From NCBI GenBank assembly GCA_050011565.1, contig JBEKIW010000002.1:64001-128000 (forward strand): a DNA stretch of 64,000 nt, in the 5' to 3' direction. This DNA comes from Dehalococcoidia bacterium. GTDB taxonomy: Bacteria > Chloroflexota > Dehalococcoidia > GIF9 > UBA5629. A model generated the notes under the pieces. It was not told where the DNA came from, searched no databases, and saw only the letters and a program-made list of their open reading frames with translations. A program made the position numbers and the translations under genes. Each line of letters starts with the position of its first letter. Positions within the stretch are counted from its first letter, which is position 1. Below are positions 19,274 through 30,469 of the stretch, in pieces.

Positions 19274-20697
19274 TTGAGGGGATTAATAGTCCATTAACAG
19301 CTGCCGAAGCTTTTGAGCTGTTTCACAGCCAGCCTCACAGCTTTTTCCTCGATGGCGGAATGGACCCGCAGAGGTTGGGCAGGTACTCCTTTATCGGCAT
19401 CGACCCCTTCCTGGTGATGAGCAGCCGTGGCAACCGGGTCACCATCGTACAGCAGGACAGGCAAGAAAATGAAAAGGCGAATCCATTCGACGTTCTGGGT
19501 AGGCTACTGGAGACATATCGACTGGACTCTTTACCGTCACCGATTCCTTTCTGCGGCGGTGCCGTGGGCTCTCTCAGCTACGACCTGTGCCATTTCATCG
19601 AGCGCCTCCCCACCGCAGCCACAGATGACCTGATGCTGCCGGAAAGCTATTTCGGCTTTTACGATACTATAATCGCTTTCGATAACCTTGAGAACAAAGT
19701 CTATATAGTTTCCACAGGCTTCCCTGAGCTCGACGAGAAACGCAGGCTCAAAAGAGCCGGACTGCGCCTCGAGGAGATGAAAAGCCGACTATCTGCTCCC
19801 CCTCCACACATCACGAAAGAGAATTCAGCGAGCAGCAGGAAAACGACTGAAGCTGTCCTGAAATCAAATTTCACGCCTGAAGGCTATATGGAGGCGGTCA
19901 ACAGAGTCAGGGAATATATCGCCGCCGGCGATGTCTTTCAGGTCAACCTTTCCCAACGCTTCGAGACCGAGCTGACCGTTACCCCTTATGAACTCTACCG
20001 GCGTTTACGACAGATTAACCCCGCTCCCTTTGCCGGCTACCTGAACTTCGACGGCATAACCGTTATCAGCGCCTCGCCGGAGAGATTTCTCCGCGTAGAT
20101 GGTGATTGGGTGGAGACACGCCCCATAAAAGGCACCAGGCCGCGAGGCAAAGACTCGGTTGAAGATGCCATGCTGGCACAAGAGTTGCTCAACAGCGCCA
20201 AAGACCGCGCCGAGAACGTTATGATTGTCGACCTGGAGAGAAACGACCTGGGCAGAGTTTGCCAGTACGGCACCGTAAAGGTAACCGAACTGGCCATCCT
20301 GGAGACCTTTCCTACCGTCTTTCATCTGACTTCCACCGTTATCGGTAAGCTGCGCCCTGACAAAAACCGCATTGACCTGCTTAAAGCTACCTTCCCCGGC
20401 GGTTCCATCAGCGGCGCCCCCAAGGTGCGAGCTATGGAAATTATCGATGAGCTTGAGCCCACGAGGAGAAGCGTCTACACCGGCGCCATCGGCTATTTGA
20501 GCTTCGGCCGCAACCTCGACCTGAACATAGTCATACGCACCTTTATAATCAAAGGCAATAAAGCTTACTTCCAGGTCGGAGGCGGCATCATCTATGATTC
20601 CAACGCCGAGGCGGAATATCAGGAAACTCTGGATAAGGCGAAGGCGCTGATTCAGGCACTGCGTCTGGCACCGAGAGTAGCTGTGAAGAGCAAATGA
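19255..20697 (+). CDS. pabB: Aminodeoxychorismate synthase component I
   Basis: SPERF, PIKGT (PabB-type Lys), [29 protein letters not shown]. Confidence 0.9.
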   Translation: MERYPLIEGINSPLTAAEAFELFHSQPHSFFLDGGMDPQRLGRYSFIGIDPFLVMSSRGNRVTIVQQDRQENEKANPFDVLGRLLETYRLDSLPSPIPFCGGAVGSLSYDLCHFIERLPTAATDDLMLPESYFGFYDTIIAFDNLENKVYIVSTGFPELDEKRRLKRAGLRLEEMKSRLSAPPPHITKENSASSRKTTEAVLKSNFTPEGYMEAVNRVREYIAAGDVFQVNLSQRFETELTVTPYELYRRLRQINPAPFAGYLNFDGITVISASPERFLRVDGDWVETRPIKGTRPRGKDSVEDAMLAQELLNSAKDRAENVMIVDLERNDLGRVCQYGTVKVTELAILETFPTVFHLTSTVIGKLRPDKNRIDLLKATFPGGSISGAPKVRAMEIIDELEPTRRSVYTGAIGYLSFGRNLDLNIVIRTFIIKGNKAYFQVGGGIIYDSNAEAEYQETLDKAKALIQALRLAPRVAVKSK

Positions 20698-21275
20698 TAC
20701 TCGTCATTGATAACTACGACTCGTTCGTCTACAACCTGGCCCAATATCTGGGCGAGCTGGGTTGGCAACCGATGGTATATCGCAACGATAAAATAACTCT
20801 AGCTGAAATTGAGGAACTGGCTCCCAGCCATATAGTTATTTCTCCGGGGCCATGTACACCGCTGGAGGCCGGCATTTCCAACGACGTCATACTTCACTTC
20901 GGCGGCAAAATCCCCATCTTCGGTGTCTGCCTCGGGCACCAGTGCATCGGCCACGTATATGGTAGTATCATCGGACGGGCCTCTATGCCGGTCCACGGCA
21001 AGACTTCTCTAATATATCACGATGGCGAAGCTATCTACGAGGGTATTGAAAATCCTTTCCCGGCAGCCCGCTATCATTCGCTGATTATCAAACCGGAAGC
21101 ACTCCCCTCCTGCCTTAAGGTCACTGCCAGAACCGAGGAAGGAGAGATAATGGGTGTACGGCATAAAAACTATGTAGTCGAAGGCGCCCAGATACACCCT
21201 GAGTCTATACTTACCGAGGCAGGACACGACCTGCTGGCTAACTTCCTCCGCTTCACCCAGCCCGTATGGCCCTAG
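20694..21275 (+). CDS. pabA: Aminodeoxychorismate/anthranilate synthase component II (class I glutamine amidotransferase)
   Basis: IDNYDSF, SPGP, GVCLGHQ, RYHSL, HPES catalytic triad. Confidence 0.92.
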   Translation: MILVIDNYDSFVYNLAQYLGELGWQPMVYRNDKITLAEIEELAPSHIVISPGPCTPLEAGISNDVILHFGGKIPIFGVCLGHQCIGHVYGSIIGRASMPVHGKTSLIYHDGEAIYEGIENPFPAARYHSLIIKPEALPSCLKVTARTEEGEIMGVRHKNYVVEGAQIHPESILTEAGHDLLANFLRFTQPVWP

Positions 21276-21284
21276 AGTCCACAA

Positions 21285-22151
21285 ATGGAAGAGATTATTT
21301 ACCTCAACGGCGACCTGATTTCAGGCTCTCAGGCTAAGCTATCGCCCTTCAATTTCGGCTTCCTCTACGGCTACGGACTATTCGAGACTATGCGCTCATA
21401 CGGCGGCTCTATCTTTCGCCTCGACCGCCATCTCGCCCGACTTCATGAAGCGGCAAAAACATTGGGCATAGCCGATGAGCTGACCGCGTTCGACCTGGAA
21501 AAAGCCTGCCACGACGTTCTAAAAGCCAATGACCTCGCTGAAGCCCGTCTCCGGCTTACGGTAACCGCCAGCGAAGGCGACATAATTCCCAATCCGGAAA
21601 CCTGCAGCGGTATCACCGTATTCATTGTTGCCCGAAAGCTGGCACCACCACTGCCGGAAAACTACCAGCGAGGCTATTCGGCAATACTATCAACCTACCG
21701 GCGAAACAGCCACTCACCGCTCTCACGGCTAAAGTCCACCAGCTATCTGGAAAACGTCTTAGCCCGACAGGAAGCCAGGGCTGCCGGCTTTGATGAAGTA
21801 GTACTGCTCAACGAAACAGGCTTCGTGGCTGAAGGCGGCACCACCAATATATTCCTGCTAAGCTGCCAGATGCTGATTACGCCCTCTATCGAAAGCGGCG
21901 CACTGCCCGGAATCACCAGAGAGGCTGTACTGGAACTGGCTAAATCAATGGGAATAACGACGGTTGTGAAACAGGTTGAGCTGGGGGAGTTGCTCACCGC
22001 CAGAGAAGCCTTTTTGACCAACTCAATAATTGAAATTATGCCACTAATCCGGCTGGACAATAAGCACATCGGCTCCGGAAAACTAGGCCCGGTAACCCAG
22101 CAGCTTATGTCAAGTTACCGGGAACTGGTAGCCGATAAACTCAGGAGGTAA
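21285..22151 (+). CDS. pabC: PLP-dependent class IV aminotransferase, probable 4-amino-4-deoxychorismate lyase
   Basis: YGYGLFETMR, LKSTSY, LPGITR, EAFLTNS; directly follows pabBA. Confidence 0.75.
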   Translation: MEEIIYLNGDLISGSQAKLSPFNFGFLYGYGLFETMRSYGGSIFRLDRHLARLHEAAKTLGIADELTAFDLEKACHDVLKANDLAEARLRLTVTASEGDIIPNPETCSGITVFIVARKLAPPLPENYQRGYSAILSTYRRNSHSPLSRLKSTSYLENVLARQEARAAGFDEVVLLNETGFVAEGGTTNIFLLSCQMLITPSIESGALPGITREAVLELAKSMGITTVVKQVELGELLTAREAFLTNSIIEIMPLIRLDNKHIGSGKLGPVTQQLMSSYRELVADKLRR

Positions 22152-22157
22152 TTACCA

Positions 22158-24167
22158 GTGGCAACAAGAAAATATTCAAAACTTTTTGAGCCGATTGGCA
22201 TCGGAAAAGTGAAGATTAAGAACAGAATTGCTATGGCGCCTATGGCTATCGGGGGACTGACTACCCAAGAAGGTGGATTTGCCCAGAGGGCAATCGATTA
22301 CTACGTGGAAAGGGCCAAAGGAGGCGTGGGGCTTATAATAACCGGAGCCGCCCTGGTCGATAATGAAATTGAGAAACTTCCCACGCGTGGCACGCTGTCA
22401 GCAGCACAGAATCGCGACCATTTCATTGAAACCGCTTCTGAGTTGACACAAAAAGTGCACGCACACGGCGCCAGGATTTTTGCCCAACTGACAGCCGGAC
22501 TCGGCCGCGTTTTATTTGTACTGGGGGACTCGGTACCGGTGGCACCCTCTGCTATCCCGCATTACTGGAACCCGACTATAACCTGCCGAGAGCTAACCAT
22601 CGAGGAAATCAAGAGACTGGTAATAAAGTGCGGCGACGCCGCGGAGGCGGTCAAAGCCGCAGGGTTCGATGGTATAGATTTCCACGGGCTGCATGAGGGC
22701 TACCTGGTTGACCAGTTCGCCATCGCCATGTTCAACCGGAGGCAGGATAAATACGGCGGAGATTTAAAGCAAAGGTTGACGCTGCCCATTGAAATACTGC
22801 GCGAGATGAAAAATAGAGCGGGCAGGGACTTTCCCGTTCAACTGAGGTTGAGTGTAAAAAGCTACGTCAAAGACTGGCGTCAGGGAGGTCTACCTTGTGA
22901 AGAATTCAAGGAGGCCGCCCGCGATACGGAGGAAGGGCTTGAAGTTGCCAGGATACTGGAAGAGGCCGGCTTTGACGCCTTTGATGCTGATGCCGGCACT
23001 TACGATGCCTGGTATTGGGCACATCCCCCGAATTATTTTGAGCACGGTTGTTATCTACATCTGACTGAAAGGCTCAAGAAAGCAGTAAAAGTCCCGGTCA
23101 TCGTCGCTGGCAGGATGGAACTGCCGGAGCTGGCGGAGCAGGCAGTAGTCGAAGGCAAGGCTGACATGGTCGTGCTCGGCAGAGGCCTCCTGGCTGATCC
23201 GTACTGGCCGAACAAGGTGATGGCAGCAAAGACTAAGAATATACGTCCCTGCCTGGCCTGCCATCAGGGCTGCCTCGGCAGATTGATTTCCCTGGAGGGA
23301 CCGCTTTCCTGTGCGGTTAATCCTGCCTGCGGGAATGAAAGAGACCTGGCCCTCCAACCCGCCGGTGACATAAAGAAGGTGATAGTTATCGGCGGCGGAG
23401 TTGCCGGTATGGAAGCTGCCAGGGTGGCTGCCATCAGGGGACACACGGTAACACTTTACGAAAAGAATGACAGGCTCGGCGGGCACGTTCTTACCGCTTC
23501 AGTCCCGTCCTTCAAAAAAGATGAGGCGCGGCTTCTTGACTGGTATAAAACAGAGTTAGGTGAACTTAAGGTCAAGATTAACCTGGGTAAGAAAGTCTCT
23601 CCTGAGCTGCTGCAGGGAGAAAAACCCGATGTAGTAATTATTGCCACCGGGTCAAAACCTCTCATTCCGGATGTGCCCGGCATAAACAAAGAGAAGGTAA
23701 CCACGGCGATTGACCTTCTTCTGGGCAAGGAGAAAGCCGGGAAAGCGGTGGTAATTGTGGGTGGCGGGCTTATAGGTTGTGAGACTGCGCTCTGGTTGGC
23801 GCAGCAAGGTAAGCAGGTGACTATAGTAGAGGCGTTAAAGGGCCTCATGCAATCCGGCAGCACTGTGCCACGTCCCAACATGATGATGCTCCGCGACCTT
23901 TTAAAATTTCACAAAGTAAATGTGCTAACAGATACGGGCCTCTTCGAGGTTACGGATGATGGCGTTATAGTAATCGAAAAATCCTCGAATAAAACCAAGC
24001 TGCCTGCAGACACCGTGGTTATCGCTGTGGGGCTTATTCCTGACCGGGAGCTCTACAGCTCGCTCAAAGACAGTGTTCCCAACCTTCACCTCGTCGGGGA
24101 TGCCGTAGAGGCTCGGAATATCATGCACGCCATCTGGGACGGATTCGAAGCGGCACGCCATATCTGA
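22158..24167 (+). CDS. NADH:flavin oxidoreductase / 2-enoate reductase family (OYE-like barrel, 4Fe-4S, FAD)
   Basis: KNRIAMAPM, HEGYLVDQF, N.R.DKYGG, CLACHQGC...CAVNP cluster, two GxGxxG motifs. Confidence 0.9.
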   Translation: MATRKYSKLFEPIGIGKVKIKNRIAMAPMAIGGLTTQEGGFAQRAIDYYVERAKGGVGLIITGAALVDNEIEKLPTRGTLSAAQNRDHFIETASELTQKVHAHGARIFAQLTAGLGRVLFVLGDSVPVAPSAIPHYWNPTITCRELTIEEIKRLVIKCGDAAEAVKAAGFDGIDFHGLHEGYLVDQFAIAMFNRRQDKYGGDLKQRLTLPIEILREMKNRAGRDFPVQLRLSVKSYVKDWRQGGLPCEEFKEAARDTEEGLEVARILEEAGFDAFDADAGTYDAWYWAHPPNYFEHGCYLHLTERLKKAVKVPVIVAGRMELPELAEQAVVEGKADMVVLGRGLLADPYWPNKVMAAKTKNIRPCLACHQGCLGRLISLEGPLSCAVNPACGNERDLALQPAGDIKKVIVIGGGVAGMEAARVAAIRGHTVTLYEKNDRLGGHVLTASVPSFKKDEARLLDWYKTELGELKVKINLGKKVSPELLQGEKPDVVIIATGSKPLIPDVPGINKEKVTTAIDLLLGKEKAGKAVVIVGGGLIGCETALWLAQQGKQVTIVEALKGLMQSGSTVPRPNMMMLRDLLKFHKVNVLTDTGLFEVTDDGVIVIEKSSNKTKLPADTVVIAVGLIPDRELYSSLKDSVPNLHLVGDAVEARNIMHAIWDGFEAARHI

Positions 24168-24285
24168 ATTCAGACTGTTTGCCTGTGTTCGCTGGCTCAT
24201 CCCTTAACTTGCTAACGCTAATTCTATTTTAATGATAGAATATGGCTGCCGCCGTGGTACGAGATAGAGGACAAGAGGCAACAGT

Positions 24286-24696
24286 GTGAACATAGATTTC
24301 GCCTTCATTTGCGATTATGCTGATGTGACCAATAAAATTAACGCCCTTGGAATCGGCTTTGACACGATTTTCGCACCCAAAGTACCCACCAAACACCCTA
24401 ATTTCTTTGTGGTCGTACAATTACGGACAAATTTGGTCGAAGCCGGCGATAAGAATCTGGAGGTCTTTTTAATCGATGAGGACGGCAAGGAAATTGTCCC
24501 ACCGCTTAGAACTAAATTCAATATACCCAAGCCTCAGGCAGGAACGGAAAGCATAGGCCGCTTAGCCATGCGGTTTGATAACACTGAATTTCCGAAATAC
24601 GGCTCTTATTCCCTGCACGTAGTGGTGGAAGGGCATGAGATGGTCCGTATCCCGCTGAAGATCAGCCCGCCTCCATCAGCAGAACGAATCCAATAG
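24286..24696 (+). CDS. Hypothetical protein (DUF6941-like beta-sandwich)
   Basis: AFICDYA...KINALG.GFD and F...G.Y...V.V.G patterns; family assignment from memory. Confidence 0.65.
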   Translation: MNIDFAFICDYADVTNKINALGIGFDTIFAPKVPTKHPNFFVVVQLRTNLVEAGDKNLEVFLIDEDGKEIVPPLRTKFNIPKPQAGTESIGRLAMRFDNTEFPKYGSYSLHVVVEGHEMVRIPLKISPPPSAERIQ

Positions 24697-24737
24697 CCGC
24701 CAGCTTCCCTATCTCGTAATCGAAAAAGTGGTCTGCT

Positions 24738-26168
24738 TCATTCCTGTTTTGGGAAGCTGACTTGCTTAATTTGCTCGATGACCGACTTAGGGTGAACCCA
24801 GTTGTACAACATTTCATGAAGCAATCCTTCCCCCAAAAACGGTCCTTCATCAAATATTGTGCTAGAATCACTGAGGGAATGGCGTATGAAATGTCCGTCG
24901 AAGTCGACACATCCTTTGCCGATACCACGCGCCTTGAGACGATTCGTTTCCTTCGTACTTGTCAAATCTGCTTTTAATCCATTTTCATTGCAAAGAGCAA
25001 CAAATCTTTGAGGGTTGAAACAGAGCCTAATAATCTTCCTACAGAATAATAAATCCATAAGAGATTGGTTAGGAATTTGTCGCAGTATTATCGGGTACAA
25101 AATCACCGAGCTAAATCCTTCTCTCCAGTCACTTAGTTTAATAGTATCTAGAATCACATGTAGATCTTTCGGATATGGTGCCCGATAAAGTGTTGAAGGA
25201 TTGATGAAAGAATGGTAAGCATATAGGCGCAAATCGTATTCGCCAAGCATCAGCATTTCCTTATCTTCTGCATTAATAGCGCCTAGTGCCAAGCAATTAT
25301 CTATTTGATCGACTGCGAATTCCTTTCTCTCAGACTTGTCTAGAAGTTCGACTACTTTATCAGAGAAATGTTGAATCTTGGCTTCATTGGCTAAGATTAA
25401 TAAGTCCGTTTGCGGATTCGATGGGTTCTCATGGATTCCAGGAACGGCATTTATAAGCTTTTGGCTCTTCTCAAGCATTTTGCGCTGTCGAAAGAAACGC
25501 TCCATTTGTTTGATTCCAGTCTTTCCATAGGTATCGAAGAATCTGAAATATGCATCCATTGTTCCAGATTCAATAGTTTCAAGCATTTCATCGTTTACTT
25601 TACCTGATTTAATTTCGATGCAAATAACTTTCAAAGTTTTATCATTCTCAAAGTAAGATAACTTAAGAACATCGCAAATAGGTGAGAAAGAACAAAAGTC
25701 TAATGGAATAGCAATTACATTTGGATCTTCATTTAATTGGTTAACGTATATTAATACAGATTGAATATTTTGATGAGTTATATTCCCGAACTTTGGACCT
25801 TTGAATATCTTTTTGACATTACTTCTATCCATTCCAACAGCTAACCAAACGAGGGCGTTATATGATACCTCTAGAAGATATTTCCAGTATTCCAGTTTTA
25901 CAGTTTGATTCTTTCCGGAATCAGGAACGCCTGTAACGTTTATTTGTGTGATAAGGTTTTCAATGCGCAGGATTCCATCAACTAAAATTTTCAAAGCAGT
26001 CTTATGGGCTTTAAAACATTCCCTCATAAAATCGGGATAATTTTTATGTATCTTCTCTAATGTCGAGTATTTAGGAATATCGGTGACACTTCTTGTGAAT
26101 AGCCGCCTACATTCAAGGAGATCATTTTGAATTGAATTTTCGATTGCCTTATAATCAATTTTCGCCAT
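24738..26168 (-). CDS. AT-rich hypothetical protein with a PD-(D/E)xK nuclease-like motif
   Basis: 476-aa open frame; ICDVLKL...VICIEIKSG; sampled 60-mers 28-32% GC versus about 60% in hemL. Confidence 0.7.
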   Translation of the reverse strand: MAKIDYKAIENSIQNDLLECRRLFTRSVTDIPKYSTLEKIHKNYPDFMRECFKAHKTALKILVDGILRIENLITQINVTGVPDSGKNQTVKLEYWKYLLEVSYNALVWLAVGMDRSNVKKIFKGPKFGNITHQNIQSVLIYVNQLNEDPNVIAIPLDFCSFSPICDVLKLSYFENDKTLKVICIEIKSGKVNDEMLETIESGTMDAYFRFFDTYGKTGIKQMERFFRQRKMLEKSQKLINAVPGIHENPSNPQTDLLILANEAKIQHFSDKVVELLDKSERKEFAVDQIDNCLALGAINAEDKEMLMLGEYDLRLYAYHSFINPSTLYRAPYPKDLHVILDTIKLSDWREGFSSVILYPIILRQIPNQSLMDLLFCRKIIRLCFNPQRFVALCNENGLKADLTSTKETNRLKARGIGKGCVDFDGHFIRHSLSDSSTIFDEGPFLGEGLLHEMLYNWVHPKSVIEQIKQVSFPKQE

Positions 26169-26278
26169 TTGCGTTCTCTATACACGAGCGACTTTAATTG
26201 CTCTTATCTCAGTTAAATGTTAGCTTTTGAAGTGAATAAATTAATGCTTATATGCATTTCCTACGCAGTCAGTTTCAA

Positions 26279-27565
26279 CTACAAAGAATTGAAAGCTTTC
26301 CAGTTGGCATCGATTGTCGACTGAATGTCATCATTAGTGTGAGCCGTGGAAACAAAGGCGGCTTCGAACTGGGAGGGCGGTAAATATACGCCCTGCGACA
26401 GCATGTGGTGGAAGAATCTGGCATAAAGCTTGGTGTCCGCCCTGGTGGCAGTTTCGTAGTCGGTGACCGGGTCTATGGCGAAGAATACGGTGAACATCGA
26501 GCCGATTCGAGCCAGCTGTATATCCACCCCGGCTTTATTTGCCGCTTCCGTGATGCCTTTCTCAAGAAGCGACGTTTTTCTCTCAAGCTCCCTGTAAGCG
26601 CTTGATTCCTTCAAAATGGTAATGGTCTCGATGCCGGCGCTCATGGCTAACGGATTTCCGGCGAGTGTCCCCGCCTGATAGACCGGCCCTGAAGGCGCCA
26701 TCATCTGCATAATATCTCTGCGTCCGCCATAGGCTCCTACAGGCAACCCGCCACCTATAATCTTACCCAGGCAGGTCAAGTCCGGAGATATGTTATACAG
26801 GCTTTGGGCACCGCCGTAAGCCACCCGAAAACCGGTTATAACCTCATCAAAAATGAGCAGCGCTCCGGACTGGCGAGTCAAACTGCGGAGGTGTTCCAGG
26901 AACCCGGGCTGCGGCAAGACGACACCCATGTTGCCGGCTATAGGCTCGACTATGACAGCAGCAATGTCGGAGGCGAAATCCTTAAAAAGCTGCTCTACCG
27001 CCTCCAGATTATTGTAAGGGGCGACAAGAGTATCGGCGGTTACGGCTGCGGGCACGCCAGGAGAGCTGGGTATGCCCAGGGTGGCCATTCCCGACCCTGC
27101 CTTAGCCAGCAATCCGTCCGAATGGCCGTGATAGCAGCCGGCGAATTTCAGCACCTTGTTTCTGCCAGTAAAGGCGCGAGCCAGCCTGATGGCGCTCATG
27201 ATGGCTTCTGTGCCAGAGTTAACGAAGCGTACCATCTGGATGGACGGCATGGCCTCACTGATTAGCTTTGCCAGGGTCGTTTCCAGTTGAGTCGGCGCTC
27301 CGAAGCTGGAGCCATGCTCCACCGCCTTTTCGATGGCTTTTACCACGCGTGGATGAGCATGTCCCAGTATGAGGGGCCCCCAGGAGCCGACGTAATCTAT
27401 GAATTCATTGCCGTCCTCATCATACAGTCTGGAGCCTTTACCTCGTTTGATGAAAAGCGGCGTACCGCCAACCGCCTTGAAGGCGCGCACCGGGCTGTCG
27501 ACGCCTCCCGGCAGATAGCGCTGGGCTTGTTTAAACAGGCGTTTGGAGCGGTTGATATTTTTCAT
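26279..27565 (-). CDS. hemL: Glutamate-1-semialdehyde 2,1-aminomutase
   Basis: [38 protein letters not shown]. Confidence 0.97.
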   Translation of the reverse strand: MKNINRSKRLFKQAQRYLPGGVDSPVRAFKAVGGTPLFIKRGKGSRLYDEDGNEFIDYVGSWGPLILGHAHPRVVKAIEKAVEHGSSFGAPTQLETTLAKLISEAMPSIQMVRFVNSGTEAIMSAIRLARAFTGRNKVLKFAGCYHGHSDGLLAKAGSGMATLGIPSSPGVPAAVTADTLVAPYNNLEAVEQLFKDFASDIAAVIVEPIAGNMGVVLPQPGFLEHLRSLTRQSGALLIFDEVITGFRVAYGGAQSLYNISPDLTCLGKIIGGGLPVGAYGGRRDIMQMMAPSGPVYQAGTLAGNPLAMSAGIETITILKESSAYRELERKTSLLEKGITEAANKAGVDIQLARIGSMFTVFFAIDPVTDYETATRADTKLYARFFHHMLSQGVYLPPSQFEAAFVSTAHTNDDIQSTIDANWKAFNSL

Positions 27566-27591
27566 AACTTTATTTTAGATTAGTATTCTAT

Positions 27592-27631
27592 TTTCACCCT
27601 CACCCCAGCCCTCTCCCATCAAGGGAGAGGG
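27592..27631. repeat. C-rich tail plus GGGAGAGGG palindrome (BoxC-like), copy 1
   Basis: 37/40 identical to 30349-30388; stem CCCTCTCCC / GGGAGAGGG. Confidence 0.8.
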
Positions 27632-27658
27632 AACGGAAATAAAATCAAAGATTAAAGG

Positions 27659-28630
27659 TTACAGCCAGCGGGCGGCCTCTTTGGCGTAATAGGTTATGAT
27701 GATATCGGCCCCGGCTCTCTTGATGGCGGTGAGCATTTCCAGGACGATTCTCTTCTCATCCAGCCAGCCTTGCTGTGCCGCTGCCTTCACCATGGCATAT
27801 TCGCCGCTGACACTATAGGCAGCTAAAGGATGATTGAAGGTATCACGCACCTTGCTGATTACATCCAGATAAGGCAGGGCGGGTTTGACCATGACGATGT
27901 CCGCCCCCTCGGCGATATCCTGCTCCACCTCTCTTAAAGCCTCCCGCCAGTTTGGCGGGTCCATCTGATACGAGCGGCGGTCGCCGAACTGTGGCGCCGA
28001 CTCGGCGGCTTCACGAAAAGGCCCATAAAAGGCAGAGGCATACTTGGCGGCATAAGCCATAATAGGTATATTTTGAAACCCGCTTCCATCCAGCGCCTGC
28101 CGCATCGCCTTTACCCTGCCGTCCATCATATCCGAAGGAGCTACTATATCAGCGCCAGCTTCCGCGTACGACAAAGCCGTTCTGGCAAGTACTTCCAGAG
28201 TTTTGTCATTATCGACATCGCCATCAACGACAACACCGCAGTGGCCGTGGCTGGTATATTCGCAGAGGCAGACGTCGGTGATTACAAGCAGCTCCGGGGT
28301 CGCCTTTTTAATGGCTCGTATTGCCTGCTGAATCACTCCTTTGGGGTGATAGGCTGAGGAGCCGACTTCGTCCTTCTTTTTGGGTACGCCGAACAGTATT
28401 ATCGCCGGAATGCCAAGTTTGGCGATGTCTTCTACTTCTTTCGGCAGCAGGTCGTTGGAAAAACGGTATTGTCCGGGCATTGAGGTTATTTTCTGTTTTA
28501 TCTTGCTGCCCTCGACAACAAAGAGTGGATATATCAGGTCGCCTACGTCGACTTTGGTCTCTCGAATCAGCGCCCTCAGGGCTTCAGTGCGTCGGAGGCG
28601 TCTAAGACGCAGGTTTGGAAAACTATTCAA
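27659..28630 (-). CDS. hemB: Porphobilinogen synthase
   Basis: [14 protein letters not shown] zinc site, [19 protein letters not shown]. Confidence 0.97.
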   Translation of the reverse strand: MNSFPNLRLRRLRRTEALRALIRETKVDVGDLIYPLFVVEGSKIKQKITSMPGQYRFSNDLLPKEVEDIAKLGIPAIILFGVPKKKDEVGSSAYHPKGVIQQAIRAIKKATPELLVITDVCLCEYTSHGHCGVVVDGDVDNDKTLEVLARTALSYAEAGADIVAPSDMMDGRVKAMRQALDGSGFQNIPIMAYAAKYASAFYGPFREAAESAPQFGDRRSYQMDPPNWREALREVEQDIAEGADIVMVKPALPYLDVISKVRDTFNHPLAAYSVSGEYAMVKAAAQQGWLDEKRIVLEMLTAIKRAGADIIITYYAKEAARWL

Positions 28631-30156
28631 CTTCGTTCCCCCTTTCCTTGGAAGTAACGTTCTACGGCTAATACCAGGCCGGGCATGGTGTGCTCCCTGG
28701 CCACTATATCAGCCTTCAATCCTTTGTCAGCCAGAGCCGCAGCGGTGTTCGGGCCGATGCAAGCCAGCCTGGATTGTTTTATAACCTCCCATTTTTGACC
28801 TATTATGTCCAGCAGGCCGTTCACTGTCGAGGCGCTGGTGAAGGTGATTACATCGATTTCGCCGCTGAAAAGCATCTGTTTTGCCTGCGAAATTGATTTG
28901 GTAACCGTGGCCGTCCTGTAGGCGGTTACCTGGTGAACTTTAGCTCCAAGCTTAATGAGCCCTTCGGATAATTCATTGCCGGCTATATCAGCCCGAGGCA
29001 GAAGTATTCGCCGTCCGGCGACATCCTGCTTGTTCAGCCCGGCGAGTAAACCCCGGCTGGTATATATCTTCGGGACGTAATCGGGACGCAGGCCTCTTGC
29101 CTCAAGGGCTCCAGCCGTAGCCGGTCCGATGGCTCCAATTTTAGCGCCGCCGAACTTACGCGAATCCAGTTTCTTCGCCTTCAGTCTTTTCCAGAATATC
29201 TCCACAGCATTAACGCTGGTGAATACTACCCAGTGGTAGCTTTCCAGGTCCAGGATAGCCTGGTCAAGCTCCTTCCAGGTGCGCGGCGGGCTGATTTTTA
29301 TAACCGGCATTTCAACGGGCATGGCGCCACGTTCTGAGAGAAGCCGGCTCAGTTCTTTAGTCTGGTGCTCGGCCCTGGTTACCAGGATTCGCTTGCCGAA
29401 AAGAGGCAGGTTATCGAACCAGCGAATTTGCTCGCGGAGCTTGACCACTTCGCCGATTACTATCACCGCCGGTGGCTCGAATCCTTCTTTTTGAGCACGA
29501 CTGCCAATATCCTTCAGCGTACCGACCAGTGTGCGCTGCGCTGGACTGGTGCCCTGGCTTATGACCGCTACCGGAGTAGACGGAGGTCTGCCGTTCTGTA
29601 TCAATTGTGTGACTATCTGTTCCAGGTTACCCATCCCCATGAGAAAGACCAGCGTATCGCCGGCGGTGCTTATCCTGTCCCAGGCAATGCTCGACTCGTC
29701 TTTTTCCGGGTCTTCATGTCCGGTGATGACAGTGAATGAGGAAGTCAGGCGTCGGTGCGTCACCGGTATGCCGGCATAAGCCGGGACGGAATAGGCCGAT
29801 GAAACTCCGGGCACTACCTCGAAAGGGATATCGTTGGCAGCCAGTACTTCCGCCTCCTCGCCACCCCGTCCCAGGACGAAGGGGTCGCCGCCTTTAAGTC
29901 TGACAACTTTCTGGCCCTCCCGGGCTTTGTTTATCAGAAGCAGGTTTATCTCCTTCTGCTCCATGGCATGGCATCCGCGCCCCTTGCCCACATATATCTT
30001 CTCGCTGCCAGGAGTGGCCTCCCCAAGTAGACTGTCGTCGACCAGACGGTCGTAGATGATGACATCGGCTTCCCTTATACATTCCAGCCCCTTCACCGTA
30101 ATCAGACCCGGGTCACCGGGGCCGGCGCCCACCAGATAGACCTTGCCATGTTTCAT
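28627..30156 (-). CDS. cobA: Fused uroporphyrinogen-III C-methyltransferase / synthase (CobA-HemD)
   Basis: [12 protein letters not shown] and RLKGGDP.V.GRGGEE, followed by HemD motifs ILVTRA, FTSVNAV, FTSASTV. Confidence 0.95.
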   Translation of the reverse strand: MKHGKVYLVGAGPGDPGLITVKGLECIREADVIIYDRLVDDSLLGEATPGSEKIYVGKGRGCHAMEQKEINLLLINKAREGQKVVRLKGGDPFVLGRGGEEAEVLAANDIPFEVVPGVSSAYSVPAYAGIPVTHRRLTSSFTVITGHEDPEKDESSIAWDRISTAGDTLVFLMGMGNLEQIVTQLIQNGRPPSTPVAVISQGTSPAQRTLVGTLKDIGSRAQKEGFEPPAVIVIGEVVKLREQIRWFDNLPLFGKRILVTRAEHQTKELSRLLSERGAMPVEMPVIKISPPRTWKELDQAILDLESYHWVVFTSVNAVEIFWKRLKAKKLDSRKFGGAKIGAIGPATAGALEARGLRPDYVPKIYTSRGLLAGLNKQDVAGRRILLPRADIAGNELSEGLIKLGAKVHQVTAYRTATVTKSISQAKQMLFSGEIDVITFTSASTVNGLLDIIGQKWEVIKQSRLACIGPNTAAALADKGLKADIVAREHTMPGLVLAVERYFQGKGERS

Positions 30157-30216
30157 TTACGTTTAGCTATTCTACCATATCACCTTTCTGGCTCACAGAC
30201 AGACACGATTGGAGCA

Positions 30217-30343
30217 GTAGCCACGACGGTCACCCGTAGGCGGGTGACACGTAGGTAAAAATGTATACATGTAGCTTTGCCGCTCATTCTGAGCTTGTCG
30301 AAGAATATACCCCTGCTCAGGATAAACTCCGCGTGGCAATTTC
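30217..30343. repeat. Cluster of palindromic elements
   Basis: GTCACCCG-TAGG-CGGGTGAC hairpin; TCATTCTGAGCTTGTCGAAGAAT; 30316-30340 is a perfect 25-nt reverse complement of 47434-47458. Confidence 0.7.
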
Positions 30344-30348
30344 AAAGG

Positions 30349-30388
30349 TTTCACCCTCACCCTAACCCTCTCCCGTCAAGGGAGAGGG
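30349..30388. repeat. BoxC-like palindrome, copy 2
   Basis: 37/40 identical to 27592-27631, same orientation. Confidence 0.8.
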
Positions 30389-30469
30389 GAATAGAACCTG
30401 AGAATTAAGGTCGCTGCCAGGTTTTTCCGAGGCAAGCTTTTATGATAAAGTGTATAGCCGAAATCGAGA

